64,000 bases of DNA from Desulfurococcales archaeon (GCA_015521205.1 WAOQ01000005.1:1701-65700), one strand, 5' to 3'. Counted from the first letter of the stretch, positions 26,031 to 35,671 are shown. Translations and numbers: made by a program. Notes: generated from the sequence alone by a model not told the origin.

Positions 26031-26825
26031 ATGGAAGCGCGGTTTACAGAGTTGTGGTTGGGGTGTCAAGCATTGTTTAGGGCTGAGTATGAAAATGCCA
26101 GTCGGTTAAAATACGCTATACAAGCGCTCTCTAAAATCGGTATCGATGCTGAGGTCTCGGCTAAACCCGAAGGGCTAGGCTTAACGGTGATAAGCCCCGA
26201 TAAGGTTATGATGGCTATAGTCGAGGTGCCGCTTTCTGCCTTCATAGACTACCAGTTGGATGACACTTATGCCTTTATAGTTCCAGCGGATCAGTTGAAC
26301 AATATTTTCAAACGTGCAACTAGGAATGACAGAGTCATACTAGAGTATGAGCCCGAACTAGGAAACCTTAGGCTTACCATGGTTGATAAGAAGACAGAAG
26401 TGGCTAGGACGTTCGAGCTCAGGGCGCTACCGAGCACTGGCGGGCTTGGCGAACCTAAGTATAGGGGCTACTCGGTAAGACTGGTTCTAGGGGCCACGGA
26501 CTTTAAACAGTATGTATCAGATGCCCGTGCCATAGGCGCTTCAGATCTACTATTCAAAACGGATGGAGAAAAGCTTGTGTTAGAAGCGTTTTCAGAACCC
26601 TACAGCTACACGGCTATACTAGAGAAAGGAAACCCACTCATAGACATCGACATTAAAGAGGACATTAATATGTCCTTCATGTTGTCATCGCTTCAAGCCG
26701 CTGCAAAACCCGCCACTGCTTCAGAGGAAATGATAATCGAACTTGGTACAGCGGCTCCCATGAAGATCCTATACCGGTTCAAGGGACCGGAAACCATGAC
26801 TGTGTGGATATCGCCAGTACAGTAG
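26031..26825 (+). CDS. pcn: DNA polymerase sliding clamp (PCNA)
   Basis: The length and pattern (FRAEYENASRLKYAIQALSKIGIDA..., two-domain repeat, C-terminal ...LGTAAPMKILYRF...) match archaeal PCNA. An in-frame TTG at 26073 would give a canonical ~250-aa protein starting (M)FRAEY. Confidence 0.75.
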   Translation: MEARFTELWLGCQALFRAEYENASRLKYAIQALSKIGIDAEVSAKPEGLGLTVISPDKVMMAIVEVPLSAFIDYQLDDTYAFIVPADQLNNIFKRATRNDRVILEYEPELGNLRLTMVDKKTEVARTFELRALPSTGGLGEPKYRGYSVRLVLGATDFKQYVSDARAIGASDLLFKTDGEKLVLEAFSEPYSYTAILEKGNPLIDIDIKEDINMSFMLSSLQAAAKPATASEEMIIELGTAAPMKILYRFKGPETMTVWISPVQ

Positions 26826-26833
26826 CTGGGAAT

Positions 26834-27082
26834 TCATCTTCCCGTCCTGTAAAGCCTCCTGCGTATGAAAACTTGTTTCTCTTCTTCCTCTATTGATTTA
26901 TCCTTTGCTTTCCACGGTTTTGCGCCGGGCATCCATACGGGTTTCTCACACTCTCTTCTCAGCCGGCAAGCTAAACAACAATATGGGCAGACGTAAAATC
27001 CTGGCCGGAGGCTACACTCGGCCACAACCGTTGTACGCCCGCATATATCACACTTGTACCATCCCAGGTTTTTCCGTTCCAT
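26834..27082 (-). CDS. small Cys-rich (zinc-ribbon-like) protein with a basic tail
   Basis: 82 aa with eight cysteines in CxxC-type spacing (CDICGR...C...CPYCCLACRLRREC). No family recognised. Confidence 0.5.
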   Translation of the reverse strand: MERKNLGWYKCDICGRTTVVAECSLRPGFYVCPYCCLACRLRRECEKPVWMPGAKPWKAKDKSIEEEEKQVFIRRRLYRTGR

Positions 27083-27094
27083 TCTATGTCCCCG

Positions 27095-27215
27095 CTAACG
27101 GTTCAGTCGACATCGACCGTGGTACGGGCGCCGGGCCTTACGGCGGTCTACCCGGGAGGGCGTTTTGCCGTGTAGCCCTCCCCGGATCCCGCCGTTCATA
27201 GGTCTCGGCGGTTGT
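27095..27215. other. GC-rich, highly self-complementary intergenic element (candidate ncRNA or structured 5' leader)
   Basis: Long hairpin CGGCGG-TCTA-CCGGGAGGGC-(13-nt loop)-GCCCTCCC(C)GG-ATC-CCGCCG at 27141-27194, smaller hairpins upstream, and a third complementary CGGCGG at 27205-27210. It is far more G+C-rich than the neighbouring intergenic DNA. Confidence 0.35.
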
Positions 27216-27238
27216 ATATTTGCTATAAACCGCTTTGA

Positions 27239-27988
27239 TTAATGTTTTCCTAGAAGTTCTTTAAGGTGTAGGGCGTCATTGTACATGTGAATGTTATTGA
27301 ATAATACATATACGGATATATCATCTCGGTATTCTCTCATTAGTTGTATGAGTTTTAGGAGATCCTCTTCTGTATACTTATACCGGTAATTTACTTCTCT
27401 ACCTCCGAGTCCATGCAATCTAAAATATTCTATTCCAAGCATAGGAGGGAAAGGTTTCCTCCGTAGGGGGTCGACTACCAACGGGATTTGGTTCTCTCGC
27501 GAAAACCTGTTTAAAATCGAACGTTCTTCATCACTATATCCGCGTGGTTCCCAAACAGGTATGTAGCCTTCTTTTCTAACGGATTGGAACAGGGCTGATG
27601 CTTCTTCTAATAATTGTTTGTTAGGCTTGAGGGATGCAGGCGTCTGGAATAGTATTATTTGAGAGCCAAGATTCTTAGCCGACAAAAAGACTTTTTCTAG
27701 AGCCCAGAGGTTGGCCTCGCTTAATTGTAAACCGCCGAATTCTCGCTGGTTGAAAGGTAGGTCTTCTTTAAGCTTCGATTTCCGTGCTAGCATTTTGTTA
27801 TAACCATGTGTTATGAGAAACCATGCTTTGACAGTAAACTCTAGATGTGGCGCTTTTCTCCTCCATTCAACGTATTTATTGGGTTTTGGATGATAGAATG
27901 TTTCCTGAACTTCCACAACATCAAGTGTCTTTTCTAATGTTTTGAGGGAACGGGGGATTCCACAGACCCCTATTTTTACGGTAGCCAT
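27239..27988 (-). CDS. DUF72 (UPF0759) family protein
   Basis: The N-terminal pattern KIGVCGIP...DVVEVQETFYHPKP...W...FTVKAWFLITH resembles DUF72 TIM-barrel proteins. It overlaps the upstream MBL gene by 13 nt. Confidence 0.65.
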   Translation of the reverse strand: MATVKIGVCGIPRSLKTLEKTLDVVEVQETFYHPKPNKYVEWRRKAPHLEFTVKAWFLITHGYNKMLARKSKLKEDLPFNQREFGGLQLSEANLWALEKVFLSAKNLGSQIILFQTPASLKPNKQLLEEASALFQSVRKEGYIPVWEPRGYSDEERSILNRFSRENQIPLVVDPLRRKPFPPMLGIEYFRLHGLGGREVNYRYKYTEEDLLKLIQLMREYRDDISVYVLFNNIHMYNDALHLKELLGKH

Positions 27989-28662
27989 ACAGGTCCCTCT
28001 TCTTCTACTTGTTTGAGAAACGATCCTATTTCATAGCCCCTATAACATCGTAGGCTTGTGCAAAGCACATCATAATCGATTTTCCTGCTGATCAGGTCAA
28101 ATGTTTTTTGCCAATCTGCCTCGCTGGACTTCCATTCATCCTTAAGACGCCCTAGTGCGTCTCCTATCAACATGACCTTCTCGTCTATACCGGCCACAAC
28201 GCTTATCGAGCCAGGCGTATGTCCGGGTGTATGTAGGATCACCAACCCGTCTATCGTGGTAGATGGTTCCTTTATAACGTGTCCCACCGGTACTGGCTTG
28301 AATTTAACTCCCAATTCTTTAGACGCGGTAAGTGCCGGATCTCCGCTTTCCAGCGCTGGCGCATCAAGCTGGTGGGCCATTATGATCGTTTTATAGTACC
28401 TGTGAAAGAAGAATAGTCCACCAGCATTGTATATATGTGAATGTGTAGCTATGACTGCCTTAGGCTTCCGTGTCCTAGGGTTCACGCCTATCTGTATCAA
28501 TGATGATATTATTGCTTCGGGTGAACCAGGCATGCCCGAACCCGTGTCTACTATGAAGTAGCCATTGTCCGTCTCTACGTAGAAGACGGTGGAATCAAAC
28601 GGATATACTACACCTGGACCGAGGAGTTGATAGACGCCTCTAGCTATCTTAACGGGTTGCAT
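27976..28662 (-). CDS. metallo-beta-lactamase-fold hydrolase (variant metal-binding motif)
   Basis: MBL layout: VDTGSG, THSHIYNAGG in place of THxHxDHxGG, HTPGHTPGS, LIGDAL. Confidence 0.75.
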   Translation of the reverse strand: MQPVKIARGVYQLLGPGVVYPFDSTVFYVETDNGYFIVDTGSGMPGSPEAIISSLIQIGVNPRTRKPKAVIATHSHIYNAGGLFFFHRYYKTIIMAHQLDAPALESGDPALTASKELGVKFKPVPVGHVIKEPSTTIDGLVILHTPGHTPGSISVVAGIDEKVMLIGDALGRLKDEWKSSEADWQKTFDLISRKIDYDVLCTSLRCYRGYEIGSFLKQVEEEGPVWLP

Positions 28663-28701
28663 GATAAAAAGCCTCGTCTTAGATCGGTAGGGTATCGGAT
28701 A

Positions 28702-29124
28702 TTAGAAGTGTCGTATGGGCTTTACAGAAACCATTCTTACCTCTGGGAGTCCGGACAAGATTTCCTTTAATTCCTCGATACCCAATGTAGCTTTGGAGAG
28801 GTCAACGACTAGAGTGCATTCGGCTATATCGCCTCTCCGTATGGTTGCGCAACGAGTAGTTACTTGATCAATTTTATGTTTGGCCAATTCGTCGGTTATA
28901 GAGGCAAAAGCACCTGGCGCATCTTGGAACTCTACAAGTATCTCATAGAGTCCCTCGCCGGCCCCTATTATAGGTGATAGTATAACCTCCCTCGCCTCCG
29001 AGTCACCTATAATCACTAGATACATCCCTTCCACTAGTCCCAGAGCCTCTCTTATCATTGCCGGTATAGTTACACGTCCTTTACTATCGATCCTCACTAT
29101 ATCAGTTATCCTCATTTCTTGCAC
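28702..29124 (-). CDS. AbrB/SpoVT-type DNA-binding domain fused to an ACT-like domain (putative ligand-responsive regulator)
   Basis: The N-terminus VRIDSKGRVTIPAMIREALGL is the SpoVT/AbrB swapped-hairpin signature. The C-terminal ~80 aa (EILVEFQDAPGAFASITDELAKHKIDQV...) look like an ACT fold. Confidence 0.65.
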   Translation of the reverse strand: MQEMRITDIVRIDSKGRVTIPAMIREALGLVEGMYLVIIGDSEAREVILSPIIGAGEGLYEILVEFQDAPGAFASITDELAKHKIDQVTTRCATIRRGDIAECTLVVDLSKATLGIEELKEILSGLPEVRMVSVKPIRHF

Positions 29125-29224
29125 CTCCCGAGTAGTGGGAATTCTCTCCCATCTAGTTATGGGATCTCATTGTTCTTTTTAATTTATACTTACTATTATG
29201 CCATGAACGCTTGAGGTTAAGTAA

Positions 29225-32200
29225 ATGTTTAAACCCTACCTCTTAGAGCCATTCAATCGAAGAAGTCCTGGGGGATGGACGGTTATGGCCAAGGTATCTG
29301 GCAAACTAGACAATGCCTATGATCCACATAAGGTTGAAAAGGATATAATGACTTTCTGGGAAGAAAACAGGGTATACCTGAAAGCCAAGGAAAAGGTGAA
29401 AGGCTCAAGGAAGTTCTACTTCCTAGACGGTCCACCATACACGTCTGCATCGAACTTCCACGTCGGCACCGCCTGGAATAAAGTTCTGAAAGATACTATA
29501 ATACGATATTTCCGCATGAATGGCTTCGACGTCTGGGATAAACCGGGATATGACACTCACGGTTTACCAATCGAGGTCAAAATAGAAAAGAAGCTTGGAC
29601 TTACAAGTAAGAAAGACATAGAGGAAAAAATAGGTGTTGAAAAGTTTGTTGGCGAATGCAAAAACTTCGCTGCTACGAACATGGAGTCCTTGACAGAAGG
29701 GTTTAAGGATCTCGGTGTTTGGATGGAATGGGACGACCCCTACGTGACATATAAAAACGAATATATCGAATCAGGCTGGTGGATGATAAAACAGTCCTAT
29801 AGGAAAGGACTTCTAGAGAAAAGCCTTAGAGTACACCACTGGTGTCCTCGTTGTGAAACAACACTAGCAGACTATGAAGTATCTGAGTATACCAAGCTTA
29901 CCGATCCGTCCATCTATGTTAAGTTTCCTGTTAAAGGTAAGGGTAACACGTACCTCCTGATCTGGACTACTACCCCCTGGACTTTACCCGCTAACGCTTT
30001 TGTTATGGCTCACCCAGAGATAGATTATGCCGAAGTTAGAGTCGGCGACGAAGTATTGATTCTAGCAGCTAAACGCGTGGAACACGTAATGGAGGAAGCT
30101 GGTAGGAAAGATTTTGAGGTTATACGTGTTTTCAAAGGTGTGGAGCTTGAAGGGCTTGAATATGTCCACCCACTGGAAGACCTTGTTGATGCACAGAAAA
30201 CCTTGGCCCGATACCATAGAGTTGTAATGGCGCCTGAAGCTGTTTCGGAGTATGAGGGAACGGGGCTCGTCCATTCCGCGCCTGGCCACGGAGATGTCGA
30301 CTTTGAGGTAGCAGCTAGGATTAATGCCCCTGTCATAAGCCTTGTGGATGACCACGGGCTAATGACTAGGGGTGCGGGTAAGTATGCCGGCATTTATTTC
30401 CGGGAGGCGAACAGGCTCATAATCGAAGATCTAAAGAACAAGGGAGCACTGTTCTATGAAGGACTTGTAACACACAACTATCCAATATGTTGGAGATGTA
30501 AAACGCCTCTCCTGCTGAGAGCCACGGAACAATGGGTTATCAAGGTTTCGCAACTTAGGGATAAACTTATACGTGAAGCTGACAAGATAGAGTGGAAGCC
30601 GATCTGGGCAAAGAAAAGATTCATAAACTTGCTACGCGAGGTTCGGGATTGGATAATAAGTAGACAAAGATTCTGGGGAATTCCACTTCCCATCTGGGTA
30701 TGCAGTAGTTGTGGGCACATAGAGGTTATAGGTAGCACCAAAGATCTTGAACAACTTGGCGGTACAGTTCCCGAGGATCTGCATAGACCTTGGATCGATA
30801 GGATAGAACTGAAGTGTCCTAAATGCGGAGGTGTTATGAAGAGAGTCAAAGATGTAGCAGACGTATGGTTCGACAGCGGCGTATCATTCTATGCAAGCCT
30901 TGGCTATCCCAGGGTAAGAGAGCTTTGGGAAAAACTGAAGCCCGTAGATTTCATAACAGAAGGACACGACCAGATAAGAGGATGGTTTTTCAGTCTTCTG
31001 AGAAGCGGTGTTATAGCTTTTGACGAAGCACCTTATAGGAGGGTACTAGTCCACGGATTCGCACTTGACGAGCATGGTAGAGAGATGCACAAATCCTTGG
31101 GCAACTATGTAGACATAAAGGAAGTCATACGGCAAATGGGACGTGATCCGATGCGTTTTTGGTCGATGCAAATAACCACGTGGGAAGACATGCGTTTTTC
31201 ATGGGTAGGCATAGAGCGTGTGAAGAGGGATTTGGCTGTCGCATGGAACGTATTCAATTTTGCGATAACATATATGGGACTTGACGAGTTCGACCCCGTT
31301 GAGATCAGCCTTGACAAGGTCGCTGAAAGCCTCGCAGACGAAGATAGATGGGTGCTGTCGCGATTCTACAGTATCGTTGATGACTACCATAAAGCATTCC
31401 AGAATTTCACCGTTTTCGAGGCTGCAAAGGAAATCCGTGAGTTTATAGTGGAAGACGTTAGTCGCTGGTACGTAAGACTCATAAGACGTCGCGTTTGGGA
31501 GGAGGAGATGACGGAGAGCAAGAAGGCTGCATATGCTGTGTTGTACCATATATTAAAGGGCTGGCTGGTTCTTGCAGCTCCCTTCATACCCTTCATGGCG
31601 GAGAAGCTCTACCAAGAACTAGTTGTTAAGAGCGGTGATGGGAGGGAATCGGTGCATTTAGAGGATATGATACAGCCGAGGCCGGAATTAGTGGATAGAG
31701 AGATAGTGGAAAACATGGAGATTGTAAGGTCGATAGTTGAAGGAGTCCTCTCGGCGAGGATGAAAATAGGTCTCAAGCTACGCAGGCCGGTGGCGAGGGT
31801 GTTACTTGTACCTTCTAATGAGAGGGTTAGAAAGGCGGTAAAGAGCCTGGAACACGTGATACTCGGCATGACTAATGCTAAAAGACTAGAACTTGTAGAT
31901 GAGAAGGAGATAAGAAAGCAGGAAATATACCGGGTATCGCCGGTGTATTCTCGGCTTGGCCCCGAGTTTAAGGAGAAGACACGGCTTATCATTAACTATA
32001 TAGAATCAAACATGCAAAATGTGGGCCGTGACCTTCTTAACAAGGGAGTTCATCGGTTTACATTGGACGGAGAAGAAATTGTACTTACTAGGGATCATGT
32101 GAAGATAGATACTTCATATCCAGAATGGTTAAGCATAGCGGAGACTCCATACGGGCTTGCAAGTATCGATAGTAGGATAGGAGAGGAGGAGATACTCGAA

Positions 32201-32461
32201 GGGATTGCTAGGGAGATCGTGCGTAGGATACAGTACATGAGGAAGCAAGCTAACTTACCAGTTGATGCTTTCATTGGGGTTTGGGTAGAAACCGGTGACG
32301 AACAACTATTGAAGGCCTTAGAGAGGCATGAGAAGTATGTAAAAGAAGAAACGCGGGCCAAAGTCGTTCGAGTGGGGGTTCCCACGCCCATAGACGAGAA
32401 AACGCTTGCCAAAGAATGGGAAATCGATGGGAGTAAAATAACCATAGTTATTACGTGGTAG
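29225..32461 (+). CDS. ileS: isoleucyl-tRNA synthetase
   Basis: Class I signature region PPYTSASNFHVGTAWNK, KMSKS-type loop REMHKSLGN, CP1 editing domain, and Zn knuckles (CPRCET, CWRCKT, CSSCGH, CPKCGG). MAKVSGKLDNAYDP at 29285 is an alternative start. Confidence 0.95.
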   Translation: MFKPYLLEPFNRRSPGGWTVMAKVSGKLDNAYDPHKVEKDIMTFWEENRVYLKAKEKVKGSRKFYFLDGPPYTSASNFHVGTAWNKVLKDTIIRYFRMNGFDVWDKPGYDTHGLPIEVKIEKKLGLTSKKDIEEKIGVEKFVGECKNFAATNMESLTEGFKDLGVWMEWDDPYVTYKNEYIESGWWMIKQSYRKGLLEKSLRVHHWCPRCETTLADYEVSEYTKLTDPSIYVKFPVKGKGNTYLLIWTTTPWTLPANAFVMAHPEIDYAEVRVGDEVLILAAKRVEHVMEEAGRKDFEVIRVFKGVELEGLEYVHPLEDLVDAQKTLARYHRVVMAPEAVSEYEGTGLVHSAPGHGDVDFEVAARINAPVISLVDDHGLMTRGAGKYAGIYFREANRLIIEDLKNKGALFYEGLVTHNYPICWRCKTPLLLRATEQWVIKVSQLRDKLIREADKIEWKPIWAKKRFINLLREVRDWIISRQRFWGIPLPIWVCSSCGHIEVIGSTKDLEQLGGTVPEDLHRPWIDRIELKCPKCGGVMKRVKDVADVWFDSGVSFYASLGYPRVRELWEKLKPVDFITEGHDQIRGWFFSLLRSGVIAFDEAPYRRVLVHGFALDEHGREMHKSLGNYVDIKEVIRQMGRDPMRFWSMQITTWEDMRFSWVGIERVKRDLAVAWNVFNFAITYMGLDEFDPVEISLDKVAESLADEDRWVLSRFYSIVDDYHKAFQNFTVFEAAKEIREFIVEDVSRWYVRLIRRRVWEEEMTESKKAAYAVLYHILKGWLVLAAPFIPFMAEKLYQELVVKSGDGRESVHLEDMIQPRPELVDREIVENMEIVRSIVEGVLSARMKIGLKLRRPVARVLLVPSNERVRKAVKSLEHVILGMTNAKRLELVDEKEIRKQEIYRVSPVYSRLGPEFKEKTRLIINYIESNMQNVGRDLLNKGVHRFTLDGEEIVLTRDHVKIDTSYPEWLSIAETPYGLASIDSRIGEEEILEGIAREIVRRIQYMRKQANLPVDAFIGVWVETGDEQLLKALERHEKYVKEETRAKVVRVGVPTPIDEKTLAKEWEIDGSKITIVITW

Positions 32462-32561
32462 AAACCCTGCCACGCGTCTTTCATAGCCGATATAAACTCT
32501 GGTTATACCCTTTTTTCATGGAGCCCCGATAATGGTATAGAACGTTTCCGGTGGCGTAACA

Positions 32562-33494
32562 GTGAGTGCTGACATAAAGGAAATAGTAAAACAGATCTAC
32601 GGACCAATTATAAAGTATAGGCATCCTATAAGGGATCCGGGTCTGGCAGTAAGAGTTTTGAGAGACGAATATCGTTTGATCGTGGATACACGGAAGGTTG
32701 CCCTTGCCTTTGCAGCCTTCTATAATGGACGTCCCGTCTTATTTGAGGGTCCGCCGGGGACGGGGAAAACAGAGATCGGTTATGCCATCCTAGAATTATG
32801 GGCTGGGAAAACTCCATTCTTACTTCCCTGCAGCGAAAACTATGATGAATATAGGGTTATTGGAGATTTTCATCCTTTGATGGCTATGCAGCGCGGATTT
32901 ACTGAGGAGTCGTTTATACCCCGTGTTATTCTAGCAGCGATGATCCTAGGGAGCGGTGTTTTAGTGGATGATGTTAGACGTTCGAGTGAAGAATTACAAA
33001 ATCTTCTATTAGATATTATTGACAAGAGACGGATCGTTGTCCCTGAGCTCCGGCGTACGTTTTATACGGATGACCCTGGTTTTCAATTCATATTTACATC
33101 TAACCCCGATGATATCGCCCAAAACGAGTTAAGCGATGCGTTTTTGAGAAGAGTTGTTAGAATAGATTTTGACTATCCGGATCCGTCTCTCGAAGAGGAG
33201 ATTGTGAAAATACGGATGCTTGACGAGCCATTATTACCTGGCGACGTGCTTTCCAGGATGAAACAAGTTATCGGTAGACTTAGAAAAACGGCCTTCTATA
33301 AACCAGGGACGGCTGATCTAGTACTTTGGACAAAGTTAGCTCAAAGCCTAGCGAAAATGCGGGGTTCTGATAGAGTTTCTCGACGAGATGCATATGAGTC
33401 TGCTTGGTCGGTTCTCTATAAACGAATTGAGGACGGGGAACTTATAGCTAGGGTTCTAGAGGAGGTACTAGGAATTGGAGGAGAAAAAAGCTAG
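32562..33494 (+). CDS. MoxR-like AAA+ ATPase
   Basis: Walker A FEGPPGTGKTEIG, Walker B-like GVLVDDVRRS, and a single AAA module of ~300 aa typical of MoxR/AAA_5. GTG start. Confidence 0.8.
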   Translation: MSADIKEIVKQIYGPIIKYRHPIRDPGLAVRVLRDEYRLIVDTRKVALAFAAFYNGRPVLFEGPPGTGKTEIGYAILELWAGKTPFLLPCSENYDEYRVIGDFHPLMAMQRGFTEESFIPRVILAAMILGSGVLVDDVRRSSEELQNLLLDIIDKRRIVVPELRRTFYTDDPGFQFIFTSNPDDIAQNELSDAFLRRVVRIDFDYPDPSLEEEIVKIRMLDEPLLPGDVLSRMKQVIGRLRKTAFYKPGTADLVLWTKLAQSLAKMRGSDRVSRRDAYESAWSVLYKRIEDGELIARVLEEVLGIGGEKS

Positions 33495-35118
33495 GAATTT
33501 TTTAAGAGAAGAGCCGAGAAGGTTAGACCCGGCTCGATCGATCACCTTACGCCAGCTTACTAATCTCTATGGATTGCTACTAGGCCGGGAACTGACTCAT
33601 AGCGATTTTGAGCTATTATATCGGAGTGTAGGTCTAAACAAGCTTACCGCTGAGGAATCGGGTTTTAAAGTGAATGTATGGGAGAGCATTAAAAACGATG
33701 TTTCAAAACTACCTAGGGGGTTCGGTGGCTCATTTACTAGGAACCAACTAATAGCGGAAGCTAAGTCCAGAAACGATCCAAGCGTAATAGAGGCTTATCT
33801 AAGACTTAAACGCCTAGGATTCGTCTATGAAGGACGGGATGGGAAACAACATGTTCTTGGGTATAGAGAAGCAAAGGTAAAAGCCGCCCACATGCCTTCT
33901 AGTAAGGAGAGCCTGGAACATCTCATTGCGTCAAGTAAGAGTGGATGGGGTCGGGACGATCTCCTCCTCGAAGCAAGAATCAATAGTGCAGACAAGCTGG
34001 TCTCCTTAGACAAGCTACGGGACAACCGTCTTCTAGACGTGTTTGATGCTTCTCTAAGGGCTGGAAACAGAAGAAGAGTAAAGAGTATATCGGAAGAGTT
34101 AGCGGATAGACTGCATCATCTTGGGAGTAGTGACCGTGGAAAGCTGAGACGGATCGCGAGGAAGTACAGGAGAGAACTCGAGAGAGCAGGAGTGGATAAT
34201 CGGGTGATCGAAGCATTCGAGGAAAGGCGGGGGAGAAGGGGTGACATCAAAGGGTGGAGACTGTATGCTCGTCGTTTCTTAGAGAATGGGAATCCTGGAT
34301 ATCTCGACATGTTGAACTCGGAGACTGATAATACTATAGTGTCAATGTATGTAAGGAAGCTTTTAGACGGCGATCTTAGTGGGGCCATGGAAATTCTTTC
34401 GAACGCATCGAGACGGTTAAATGCATATGAGATACTATTATTGCTTAGAATGGCAGATAAATTGGGTAAGCGTATTCCTAGATTCTTCCGTCAAAAAATA
34501 GTTATACGAAAGGCTTTTGGAGGCGAGGTCGGTAGGCGTAAACGTTTCGTTACCTTCAGAAAGGGTAGAGTTGATGTTAGGAGAAGTATTTACATGTCGT
34601 TGAGGCTTAATGGAAGTCCGCTGGTTTTCCGTTTCAAGCCAGGGATAGCCAAGATTTCGCTAGCTATAGATGTCAGTGGCAGCGTGGCCCCTTACTCTAC
34701 CGACGTGCTCCTTATGGCATCCTCGTTTACCGGGAATATAGCGAAAGTTGTTATTTTCTCGGATAAGGTGTTGACGGTAGACGCTAGACATGTTCTAAAG
34801 AAGTTTGACCAGTTGCTCTCAGCAATGGAGTTTGGTGGATATACGGATCTGGCCTCAGCCCTTAAGGCTGCCTCAAAGGGAGTTTCTCGTGTAGTAGTGA
34901 TAAGTGATTTCCGCCATAACGTTGGGAGTATTGACAAGGTTTTTGACATAGTAGAACAGCGTATAGCTAGGGGTGTGAAATTCTATTTTATAGGGGTTGG
35001 GAAGACAGATAAACGGGTGAGTCGACGGCTGGAGGAATCGGGTGCTAGGGTCCTATATTTTAATGGCGGGGATGATCTCGAGGCTTTACTACGTACGGTA
35101 AAACGACTCTTGCTTTAG
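33475..35118 (+). CDS. VWA domain protein (MoxR partner) with a long helical, basic N-terminal region
   Basis: The C-terminal VWA has an intact MIDAS (ISLAIDVSGSVAPYS ... GGYTDLASAL ... VVVISDFRHN). It overlaps the MoxR gene by 20 nt. Confidence 0.75.
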   Translation: MEEKKARNFLREEPRRLDPARSITLRQLTNLYGLLLGRELTHSDFELLYRSVGLNKLTAEESGFKVNVWESIKNDVSKLPRGFGGSFTRNQLIAEAKSRNDPSVIEAYLRLKRLGFVYEGRDGKQHVLGYREAKVKAAHMPSSKESLEHLIASSKSGWGRDDLLLEARINSADKLVSLDKLRDNRLLDVFDASLRAGNRRRVKSISEELADRLHHLGSSDRGKLRRIARKYRRELERAGVDNRVIEAFEERRGRRGDIKGWRLYARRFLENGNPGYLDMLNSETDNTIVSMYVRKLLDGDLSGAMEILSNASRRLNAYEILLLLRMADKLGKRIPRFFRQKIVIRKAFGGEVGRRKRFVTFRKGRVDVRRSIYMSLRLNGSPLVFRFKPGIAKISLAIDVSGSVAPYSTDVLLMASSFTGNIAKVVIFSDKVLTVDARHVLKKFDQLLSAMEFGGYTDLASALKAASKGVSRVVVISDFRHNVGSIDKVFDIVEQRIARGVKFYFIGVGKTDKRVSRRLEESGARVLYFNGGDDLEALLRTVKRLLL

Positions 35119-35226
35119 CATTTTCCGAACTCCGCAAACGTTATTGGTTTTTGAAAGGACAACAAAGCGTTTTAATGGGGGAGTTAGTTTAAATTGGGTT
35201 GCAGTAGGGTATGGTGATAGTACAGG

Positions 35227-35655
35227 GTGGATGTGTTGAGTCTGGAAGAAATGCCTACGGAATGGAAGAAGTTTAGGTATCGCGGAAAGTCGTTGGAAGA
35301 GCTAATGAACATGTCGATGGACGAGTTCATCAAGTTACTACCATCGCGACAACGGAGAAGTTTAGTGAGAGGTTTTACTAAAGCACAGATCAGGCTTCTC
35401 AAAAAGATAAGGAAGGTTAAACAACAAGGTGGTAAGAAGGTCATTAAGACACATGTTAGGGATCTTGTTATTCTACCTGAAATGGTTGGGCTCACTATAG
35501 CAGTATATAATGGTAAAGAATTTGTCCCTGTGAGAATAGTTCCCGAAATGATTGGACACTATCTCGGAGAGTTTAGCCCATCAACTAAGATAGTCAGACA
35601 CGGCGAGCCCGGTCTTAAGGCCACTCGCTCGAGTCTCCACATAGGACAGAAGTAG
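35227..35655 (+). CDS. rps19: 30S ribosomal protein S19 (uS19)
   Basis: [27 protein letters not shown] signature. First gene of the cluster. Confidence 0.9.
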   Translation: MDVLSLEEMPTEWKKFRYRGKSLEELMNMSMDEFIKLLPSRQRRSLVRGFTKAQIRLLKKIRKVKQQGGKKVIKTHVRDLVILPEMVGLTIAVYNGKEFVPVRIVPEMIGHYLGEFSPSTKIVRHGEPGLKATRSSLHIGQK

Positions 35656-35671
35656 CGGAGGGGTGTAGTAT

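Noticed and set aside
26893-27201. 102-aa plus-strand ORF spanning the Cys-rich gene and the GC-rich spacer
   Set aside because: It is antisense to the Cys-rich ORF for half its length and otherwise reads through the hairpin-rich spacer. It is R/G/P-rich with no motif.
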